This document shows positions 1-7,317 of a stretch of DNA of 19,155 nt, one piece after another. Positions within the stretch are counted from its first letter, which is position 1. The number at the start of each line of letters is the position of its first letter. The notes below the pieces were generated by a model. It was not told the DNA's origin and did no database searches. It saw only the letters and a list, made by a program, of their open reading frames with translations. The DNA is taken from contig JBBKWS010000004.1 in NCBI GenBank assembly GCA_037969075.1, positions 1-19,155 of the forward strand, given 5' to 3'. The position numbers and the translations under genes are program-made. This DNA is from Bdellovibrionales bacterium. Its GTDB lineage: Bacteria > Bdellovibrionota > Bdellovibrionia > Bdellovibrionales > UBA840.

Positions 1-10
1 GACTTCTTTT

Positions 11-39
11 TTGCCTTATTTCCACGTATCCCGCATAAT
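11..39 (+). promoter_or_regulatory. Putative sigma70 promoter of the esterase gene (near-leaderless)
   Basis: TTGCCT (11-16), 17 nt, CATAAT (34-39), ATG 9 nt later at 49; no Shine-Dalgarno visible. Confidence 0.55.
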
Positions 40-48
40 AGCTTTGAT

Positions 49-843
49 ATGAGCTATTTACAAAACTTTAATTACCAGCTCTACGGGCAAGAGACAAAGC
101 CTAAACTGGTTTTATTACACGGATTGATGGGGTACGGCCAAAACTGGCGTACGGTCGCTCGTAACCTTGAGTCCGATTTTCATATCCTAACTTTTGATCA
201 GCGCGGACATGGAAAAAGTTTTCACCCCGACTCTGATTATAATCCCAGCAACTATGCTGATGATTTGAACAAAATCCTTCAAGAATTAAAATGGAATAAA
301 ATTATCTTAATGGGCCACTCTATGGGAGGGCGAAATGCTATTTATTTTACCTCTCAGTTTCCAGATATTGTTGATGCTCTTATTGTTGAGGACATTGGCC
401 CTGAGTCGTCTGAAGATTCCATACACAGGTTAGAAAAAATTATTGAAAGCGTAAGCGTTCCGTATAGCTCGAAAACTGAGGCAAAAACAGATTTATTACA
501 AAAACATAACCCTACATTGGCGCAGTTTTTACTCTCCAGCTTAGAGGAGAAAAATGGGGAAATCGTCTGGCGTTTATCTAAGCGTGGAATTCTACAAAGT
601 CTGTATGCGGGACGCGAGCAAAACCACTGGAAAGAGTGGCAAGATATTAAGGCGCCCATTCTCGTCATTCGAGGCGAGAAATCAACAGATTTGAGCAAGG
701 AAACTCTACAAAAAATGCTTAGCTCAAATCAACATGCCAAAGGCATTGAGATCGCTAAGGCGGGACATTGGGTACATTTTGAACAGCCAGAAGCAGTAAG
801 TACAGCCGTAAAAGACTTTTTAGCAAGCCTTAAGCTCTTATAA
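49..843 (+). CDS. Alpha/beta-fold hydrolase, YbfF/ABHD11-like esterase
   Basis: LLHGLMG oxyanion motif, DQRGHG, nucleophile elbow GHSMGG, catalytic His motif AGHWVH; 264 aa. Confidence 0.9.
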   Translation: MSYLQNFNYQLYGQETKPKLVLLHGLMGYGQNWRTVARNLESDFHILTFDQRGHGKSFHPDSDYNPSNYADDLNKILQELKWNKIILMGHSMGGRNAIYFTSQFPDIVDALIVEDIGPESSEDSIHRLEKIIESVSVPYSSKTEAKTDLLQKHNPTLAQFLLSSLEEKNGEIVWRLSKRGILQSLYAGREQNHWKEWQDIKAPILVIRGEKSTDLSKETLQKMLSSNQHAKGIEIAKAGHWVHFEQPEAVSTAVKDFLASLKLL

Positions 844-883
844 AGTCTTGAAAATTTCTAAAATTCGTGTGAATTTCTTTTGC

Positions 884-2446
884 ATGAAGTTTAATGATCT
901 AGATATTGTTCCTGAGTTAAAAGCAGCCATTGAAACACTTGGCTTTGAAGAGTGTACGCCCATCCAAGCCGCCGTCATACCGCTAGTAAAAGACGGAAAA
1001 GATATTTCAGGTCTTGCGCAAACGGGTACCGGAAAAACAGGCGCTTTTTTAATTCCTCTTATGCACCGCTGGATGAAGTCTGAGGCTTTTTATAAAAACC
1101 CTGAGGCCGAAGGTTTAGAAATTCCAAAAGATGTACTACCTAACTGGAAAAAATATCAATTCTGTTTAATTCTAGTTCCAACTAGAGAGCTTGCTGATCA
1201 AGTCTACGAAACCTTCAATAAATTAACAGGCGACACCAACCTCAAGGGAACTTGTGTTTACGGTGGTGTTGATATTGAACAACAAAAGAAAAAATTAAAA
1301 GATGGAGTTGATTTTTTAATTGCTACTCCTGGAAGACTGATTGATCTGTATAAGTCTCATTGCGTCGACTTAAAACAAGTTCGTGCCATTGTCTTTGATG
1401 AAGCGGATCGTATGTTTGATATGGGCTTTAAAGATGACATGGTTTATCTTTTATCGCGCATGCCAGATGACCGTCAGTTTTTAGTATTTAGTGCCACACT
1501 TAACTTTGACGTTTTGACTGTCGCTTATCAATCAGGCGCTGACCCTATTGAGATTCACATTGATAAAGATAATATTACAGCTGAAAATATCAATCATTCT
1601 ATTTTTCATGTTGGTACCACCGAAAAAGGTCAGTATTTACTTTCACTTTTAAAACGAGAATCACCAAGACAAACTATTATATTTTCGAACTTCAGACATA
1701 ATATCGAAAAGCTAGTTACTTTTTTAAATCGTAATGGCCAACCGGCTATGGGAATTTCGAGCTTGCTAACCCAGCCACAAAGAAACCGAGTGATGGAACA
1801 GTTTAAAGCTGAAAATTCTAAAAACATTTTAGTTGCTACAGATGTGGCGGCTCGTGGTTTAGATGTTAAGGGCGTTGATTTAGTAGTAAATTATGAACTG
1901 CCAGACGATGCCGAAAATTATGTACATCGTATTGGTCGCACAGGGCGCGCTGGGGCCTCTGGAAAAGCTTACTCTTTTGTCTCTGATATGGATTTAGCCT
2001 CTTTAGAAAGGGTTGAAGCTTATCTTAAAGCAAAAGTTACTGCCGAGTGGCTTGATGATGCTGACTTAATCAAAGAATTCGAAGGCTTCCCAACAATTCA
2101 GCCTCGCCGCGAAGGTAATTACAAAAAAGATTTTAGAGATAACAAATCTAGCGGCGACCGAAAAGATTTCAAACGCAACGACGAAAGAAGACCTCGCGGC
2201 ACTCATGACAAAAAGAATGCCTACGATAAAAACGGGAAATCTAGCTACGATCCAACGAAAAGTCCTGCCAAAAAACAACCAGGACAAAGTTTAAACGGTA
2301 AAAAACCATTTAAAAAATCAAACACTCACAAAAAATTTCAACAAAAATCAAAAACGACAAAATCTAAGTATAATTCAAAATTCGTTCCTACAAAAAAACC
2401 TTCAGCAGTCACAAGTCTGTTGAAAAAATTAATTTTTTGGAAGTAA
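884..2446 (+). CDS. DEAD-box ATP-dependent RNA helicase (RhlB/RhlE-like)
   Basis: Q motif TPIQ, AQTGTGKT, PTRELA, TPGRL, DEAD, SAT, ARGLD, HRIGRTGRAG; Lys-rich C-terminal tail. Start moved from TTG 848 to ATG 884 (MKFNDL, typical N-terminus). Confidence 0.95.
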   Translation: MKFNDLDIVPELKAAIETLGFEECTPIQAAVIPLVKDGKDISGLAQTGTGKTGAFLIPLMHRWMKSEAFYKNPEAEGLEIPKDVLPNWKKYQFCLILVPTRELADQVYETFNKLTGDTNLKGTCVYGGVDIEQQKKKLKDGVDFLIATPGRLIDLYKSHCVDLKQVRAIVFDEADRMFDMGFKDDMVYLLSRMPDDRQFLVFSATLNFDVLTVAYQSGADPIEIHIDKDNITAENINHSIFHVGTTEKGQYLLSLLKRESPRQTIIFSNFRHNIEKLVTFLNRNGQPAMGISSLLTQPQRNRVMEQFKAENSKNILVATDVAARGLDVKGVDLVVNYELPDDAENYVHRIGRTGRAGASGKAYSFVSDMDLASLERVEAYLKAKVTAEWLDDADLIKEFEGFPTIQPRREGNYKKDFRDNKSSGDRKDFKRNDERRPRGTHDKKNAYDKNGKSSYDPTKSPAKKQPGQSLNGKKPFKKSNTHKKFQQKSKTTKSKYNSKFVPTKKPSAVTSLLKKLIFWK

Positions 2447-2467
2447 CCTTAAACAAAAGTAGGTTTT

Positions 2468-2818
2468 ATGAAATTTTTAATTTCATTATTATTATTACTA
2501 ACTGCATTTTCGACTCCCGCAGTAAGTTTGGCACAGGGTTCTTTTACATTCTTAGATGCCGTCAGCCTTTGCCAAGATAATGATAACCCACTGGTTGCAC
2601 TATATATCGCAAGTGCCCACCGCTTTGGCGAAGTTACAACAACTATAAATACTGATGGGAGCACTACGTTCAGCGTTCCTGCAATCAGCACTCCGCATAC
2701 ATTGAACCAGGCAATTCTAGCGCCCGATACAATATTAGGAACAATTGTTGTAAAAATGTATTACAAAAAACAACAAGCGGACATGCCCTTGATTTGCGAA
2801 CTAACTTTCATCGATTAG
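2468..2818 (+). CDS. Small secreted hypothetical protein
   Basis: Sec-type signal peptide MKFLISLLLLLTAFSTPAVSLA; AGG upstream; two Cys; fills the gap between neighbours. Confidence 0.7.
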   Translation: MKFLISLLLLLTAFSTPAVSLAQGSFTFLDAVSLCQDNDNPLVALYIASAHRFGEVTTTINTDGSTTFSVPAISTPHTLNQAILAPDTILGTIVVKMYYKKQQADMPLICELTFID

Positions 2819-2819
2819 T

Positions 2820-3353
2820 TCATTTGGTCCAGCGAAGACTCTCTATGATTTTTTCACAAGAATAGATGCTAGAAGAAAAATCTGCTGTACGATCCGTGCA
2901 TGAGAAGATCGCTGCATAAGAGTCTTGCCAAAACACATACTGTCTAGATTGAATCTTAGTGGTTTGATTTAAACTATCAATAATCGCCGTATTTTTTCCA
3001 TTTTTAACTGTGTATTGCAGCTTAGTCACATCCATTCCAAGTTTTGGAAACTGTTTTGTCCAATGACCAACATAGGAAGAAAGAGATATACTCCCCTTCT
3101 CTTTTCTCTCTGCCAATGGATCTACTCGTATATTTAGAGTGGCTCTAGCCTCTGGAGCACTTAACAGTGGTTTATAGCTAGCTAAAAAATAGGGATCACT
3201 TTGCGCAGGCACAAGACGCAACCATCCTATCTCATTTTTTTCAATTTCGAATCCCCAATCAGAATAAAAATAGGAATTATCTGATACAAGTGCAGATGAA
3301 GATGTTGCTGGATAAGGGGCCGCCCATAATAGAGAAAGAATAAGTATCCACAT
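2820..3353 (-). CDS. Secreted hypothetical protein (possibly PsbP/Mog1-like fold)
   Basis: Short hydrophobic N-terminus MWILILSLLWA; starts 3 nt after the upstream stop with AAGG overlapping it; C-terminal Cys pair. The fold assignment is speculative. Confidence 0.7.
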   Translation of the reverse strand: MWILILSLLWAAPYPATSSSALVSDNSYFYSDWGFEIEKNEIGWLRLVPAQSDPYFLASYKPLLSAPEARATLNIRVDPLAERKEKGSISLSSYVGHWTKQFPKLGMDVTKLQYTVKNGKNTAIIDSLNQTTKIQSRQYVFWQDSYAAIFSCTDRTADFSSSIYSCEKIIESLRWTK

Positions 3354-3356
3354 ACC

Positions 3357-4364
3357 TTATTCTACTTTTTTTGTCTCACAAGATGCAATAGGAAGATAGG
3401 TAGTTTTTAACAATCTATACCTGTCATTTTGCTCAAGAACATAATAAATACTTGTGCCCGAGGGATGAAATACTGGCTCTAATGCATTACCTGCTTCAAC
3501 AGTAACGGGTAATATGCACCCTAACTGCAAGTGGTATAAATACAACTGGTAAAATGAATCTTCTTTTTTCTTGGCAGAAAAAATCATCCACTGTGAATCT
3601 GGATGCCAATCAAAATCTAAAATGTCATAAGCTTCAGGTGTAATGTCCCTACTGACCAATGGATATTTATTAGGTGCAACGAGTAGGCTTTTTTGATTAT
3701 CTTTTTCACGAATCCAAGCCAATTGATTTCCATCTGGAGAAAATCTAGGGCCATCATCTTTCCATTTACCAGAACTAATCACCGTTGCATTTGTTGCATT
3801 AAAGTTTGATTTTTTTAGAACATGAAACGGACCTTTCTTCGAGCTATAGATCATTTCACCTTTTAGTGGGTTTAAAGTAATGCCACCATCAAACCCAGGG
3901 TTTTGTGTGTAGCGATTGATTTCACTTCCATCCAGCTTACTACTATAAATCTCTGTATTTAGAACTTCTTCTTTCTTTTCATCTGGATATAAAAAAGACC
4001 TTAAAAAAAGAGGGTTTTCTTTATCTTCATCAGTTGTACTTGTATACATAATGCCCGAGCGCTGAGGTAAGTACTTCACCTCAGTGATTCTACCCACTTG
4101 ATGCGTAATTTGCCTTTGGGTATTGGTTTTTAAGTTCCACTCAAAAATTTGCGGGTTCTTTAATGTTTGGTTCCAATGAACAAACGCAATAAAATTTCCA
4201 TCTTCTGAGAACGCTGGAGATCTAACCTCATCAAACTCTAGTACGACTTGTGGTGTAATATAATTATTAGGCTTTGGAAGCGCTAACTCTACCTGAGGCT
4301 TCGAAGTGCTTTGGCAACTTGTTAGAAGTAATGCTAGTATCAAAAAAACCCATAGTCTTTGCAT
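3357..4364 (-). CDS. TolB-like beta-propeller (PD40 repeat) lipoprotein
   Basis: Lipobox LLTS-C; repeats SPAFSEDGNFIAF, PRFSPDGNQLAW, DWHPDSQWMIF, PVFHPSGTSIYY. Confidence 0.85.
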   Translation of the reverse strand: MQRLWVFLILALLLTSCQSTSKPQVELALPKPNNYITPQVVLEFDEVRSPAFSEDGNFIAFVHWNQTLKNPQIFEWNLKTNTQRQITHQVGRITEVKYLPQRSGIMYTSTTDEDKENPLFLRSFLYPDEKKEEVLNTEIYSSKLDGSEINRYTQNPGFDGGITLNPLKGEMIYSSKKGPFHVLKKSNFNATNATVISSGKWKDDGPRFSPDGNQLAWIREKDNQKSLLVAPNKYPLVSRDITPEAYDILDFDWHPDSQWMIFSAKKKEDSFYQLYLYHLQLGCILPVTVEAGNALEPVFHPSGTSIYYVLEQNDRYRLLKTTYLPIASCETKKVE

Positions 4365-5322
4365 GCTTAATGGCCTTTGTTGTAAATGAAAAAGGACTTA
4401 TCTTTTTTATTTTATCCGTTTGCACCCATACTAAAGAACTTTTTGCGCGCAGGCTAGGCCTGACAGTAGAAATCTCGACATAAATCTCATGATGCGTAAC
4501 GGAATGTTTAAAGTGATATGACTTAGGTTTCGTCTTCACTTTTTCTCCTTGCAATGGCCACAACAGTTCATTTCGTAAAAATGGTACAGTCGTGTTTTTG
4601 CAAAAACCAATTTGGCCTTTATTTGTTTGTAAGAATAGCTTTACATGCCAAATTTCATTTTTCTTTTTTACTTTTTTCAATGGATAAGAGGACTGCTCCC
4701 CGCTCTTACGAGCCACACAGTTGGCTTGCAGAGGACAAAGCAAACAGTTTGGAGATAATGGCAAGCAAACCGTAGCCCCTACTTCCATCATGGCTTGATT
4801 GATCGGCGCACTATCAACAGACTCGACCATTTTATCAGCTAAATCCTGTAACTCTTTACGGCCACCAGTAGTCCACCATTCTACCTTTACACCTCTTAGA
4901 CGAGATAAAACTCGTATCACATTTCCATCTAGAACCGCCGCAGATTGGCCAAAAGCAAAGGAAGCTACGGCCCTAGCGGTATAGGGCCCAAAGCCCACAA
5001 AAGACAAGAGTTCTTGATACGTTTTTGGAAAACCATTTTTATGCAAACCTTGTGCGGCCTTATGAATATTTCTAGCCCTAGAGTAATAGCCCAAACCAGA
5101 CCACATCTCTAGTACACTTTCGATCTTTGACCGTGCTAATTTTTGCACCGTCGGGAATCTCTTTAAAAAATTTTCGTAATATGGAATTACAGCAGCAGCA
5201 CGAGTTTGCTGCAACATGATTTCTGAAATCCAAATTTTATAGGGATCTTTTGTTCTACGCCAAGGCAAGTCACGAGAATTTAAAGAATACCAGACGAGAA
5301 GAGATTTCTGTTCTTGCTTCAT
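4267..5322 (-). CDS. mutY: A/G-specific adenine DNA glycosylase
   Basis: RDLPWR, SEIMLQQT (catalytic Glu), WSGLGYYSRARN, HhH GFGPYTA, LDGNV (catalytic Asp), [4Fe-4S] motif CX6CX2CX5C; reduced C-terminal domain with HSVTHH. Confidence 0.95.
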   Translation of the reverse strand: MKQEQKSLLVWYSLNSRDLPWRRTKDPYKIWISEIMLQQTRAAAVIPYYENFLKRFPTVQKLARSKIESVLEMWSGLGYYSRARNIHKAAQGLHKNGFPKTYQELLSFVGFGPYTARAVASFAFGQSAAVLDGNVIRVLSRLRGVKVEWWTTGGRKELQDLADKMVESVDSAPINQAMMEVGATVCLPLSPNCLLCPLQANCVARKSGEQSSYPLKKVKKKNEIWHVKLFLQTNKGQIGFCKNTTVPFLRNELLWPLQGEKVKTKPKSYHFKHSVTHHEIYVEISTVRPSLRAKSSLVWVQTDKIKKISPFSFTTKAIKHAKTMGFFDTSITSNKLPKHFEASGRVSASKA

Positions 5323-5377
5323 ACGTGTAATTTGATAGAAAATAACCTAAGAATCAACCTGATTGTGAGGCGTTATC

Positions 5378-6301
5378 ATGGACTTTAAACCACTTAGCGG
5401 ACGCGAGTTTCCTCGTTTCTCTGGCATTAAAACTTTTTTTCGCCTACCTCATGCAGATATCAGCGCTGATTATGATGTTGGTATTTTAGGTATTCCATTT
5501 GATGGTGGTGCATCTTACAGACCCGGTTCTAGATTTGCACCAAGCCGCATTCGCGAAATGTCTTCACTAGGAAGAACCTACCATTGGTCACGAGAAAGCC
5601 ACTGGGCCGAATCATTAAAGGTAGCTGATATCGGTGATTCCTCTACCGTACCAATAGATTTAAATCAGACCTATCAAAAGATAGAGGCTACTATCGCTTC
5701 TATCATTACAAAGAAAAAGCGAGTTCTATGCGTAGGTGGCGACCACTCAACGACCCTACCCGTACTGCGTGCACACCATAAGGTACATGGGCCAATGCGA
5801 CTCATACACTTTGATGCCCATCTAGATACTTACCCCGCCGCTTGGGGCTGTGAGTATCACCATGGCTCTTTCTTAAGACATGCAATAGAAGAGGGCTTGG
5901 TCAAAGAAGTTATACAGTTTGGTATCCGTGGACCATTAGTAAGTAAAGAGGATCTTGATTTTGCTAAGAAACATAAAATTCAAGTCAATACGATGGATAT
6001 GATTAGAGAAGGATCTATTGTAGATTTTTTGAAAACTATACCTAAACTAGATGGTACACCGACATACATAACTTTTGATGTGGATGCTTTAGACCCTGCG
6101 TACGCGCCAGGCACTGGAACACCTGTTCCAGGTGGACTGACTTCTTATGAAGCGCAACGGATTTTACGTGAATTAAAAATTCCAAACTTTGTTGGTGGCG
6201 ATGTGGTAGAGGTTTCTCCTCCGTATGATCCTTCAGATATAACCTCAATATTTGCCATGGATGTACTGTTTGAGTACTTAAGTATTTGCGCTAATAAATA
6301 A
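5378..6301 (+). CDS. speB: Agmatinase / ureohydrolase family
   Basis: GIPFD, RPGSRFAP, GGDHS, DAHLD, HGS, DVDALDP, PGTGT metal-binding motifs; GAGG SD 7 nt upstream. Substrate could alternatively be guanidinobutyrate or guanidinopropionate. Confidence 0.85.
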   Translation: MDFKPLSGREFPRFSGIKTFFRLPHADISADYDVGILGIPFDGGASYRPGSRFAPSRIREMSSLGRTYHWSRESHWAESLKVADIGDSSTVPIDLNQTYQKIEATIASIITKKKRVLCVGGDHSTTLPVLRAHHKVHGPMRLIHFDAHLDTYPAAWGCEYHHGSFLRHAIEEGLVKEVIQFGIRGPLVSKEDLDFAKKHKIQVNTMDMIREGSIVDFLKTIPKLDGTPTYITFDVDALDPAYAPGTGTPVPGGLTSYEAQRILRELKIPNFVGGDVVEVSPPYDPSDITSIFAMDVLFEYLSICANK

Positions 6302-6309
6302 GGTCTTAC

Positions 6310-7317
6310 TTAAACCAATAATAACTGCGCATTATTTCGCTGAAAATGATCATACAGTCGAAGTGAAAGCTCTTCTTTAAAAACAGGTAGATGCAAAAGT
6401 ATTTCTTTGGGTAAGTTTTGATGAAACTCTAAGACAAATTCATTTAACAACGTATGATTTTCAACAAAAGCCACAAGGTTATGAAATAACTTCTCTGCCT
6501 CTTCACGACTTACTTTTACAATTTCTGCCTGATTGGGGTTCATAACTTCCAGAGTTTTTAAACCTAATAAAAAAGCCGATAAGCAAAAAATCTTGTAGGA
6601 ATTTTGTGACTCTGGAATACTGTGAATATAGTTTTTTACATGTTCAACATGCTTAACCACACTCTTATATACCAATTGTCTAGACGGCAAAAAGAATCGC
6701 CCCTCTTTTTCATCCTCTGCTTGATCTTTTAAAATATTAATTTTTTGTAAAAAAAGACCAAATAAAAATGCATTCATTTTTTCTTTTTTGGTAACGGGCT
6801 TTCTCTCGGCCAATTCTGTTGATAGTACAGTTAAACATTCACCCACAATACCCGCTACAAACAAGCAGTATTGATTTAACTGGCCAAGGGTTTTAATTCT
6901 AATTTTAGACTTTGGATTTTTTATAATAAAATGGCACATGCCATCTATCATGGTCAGTAGCAGCTTGCGCAAATGTTTTTGAATAGAAGTAGGAAGCTGA
7001 AAATAATCTTTAATCAGACTCACGCTATCAGTCAACAGCAAGACTTCATGGGGTTTCGTGACACTAAGTCCTTGCGGCTGTACCTCGAATGCCTCAATTG
7101 GCATAAGTCCTGATAAAACTTTTTTAAACTCTTGCAGCTGTTGCAACTGCTGCTCTTTAGATTCCCACGGACTATCTTCATAGGTATCGGCGATTCGACA
7201 TAACAAATAGGAGAGACCAACATACTCTCTAAGTGGCTCATCTAATACTGATATACTGAACGCAAAACTTCTACTTACCCGATTTAAATGCTGCTGATAG
7301 AATTCTACCTTTTTCAT
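6310..7317 (-). CDS. Squalene synthase (farnesyl-diphosphate farnesyltransferase)-like protein
   Basis: FLAP VSRSFA, RIADTYED, YCLFVAGIVG, GLFLQKINILKDQAEDEKEGRFFLP, FC...TL, VKVSR. Confidence 0.85.
   Translation of the reverse strand: MKKVEFYQQHLNRVSRSFAFSISVLDEPLREYVGLSYLLCRIADTYEDSPWESKEQQLQQLQEFKKVLSGLMPIEAFEVQPQGLSVTKPHEVLLLTDSVSLIKDYFQLPTSIQKHLRKLLLTMIDGMCHFIIKNPKSKIRIKTLGQLNQYCLFVAGIVGECLTVLSTELAERKPVTKKEKMNAFLFGLFLQKINILKDQAEDEKEGRFFLPSRQLVYKSVVKHVEHVKNYIHSIPESQNSYKIFCLSAFLLGLKTLEVMNPNQAEIVKVSREEAEKLFHNLVAFVENHTLLNEFVLEFHQNLPKEILLHLPVFKEELSLRLYDHFQRNNAQLLLV

Noticed and set aside
3357..4364. Calling this gene tolB
   Set aside because: Lacks the TolB N-terminal domain, carries a lipobox, and has no tol-pal context
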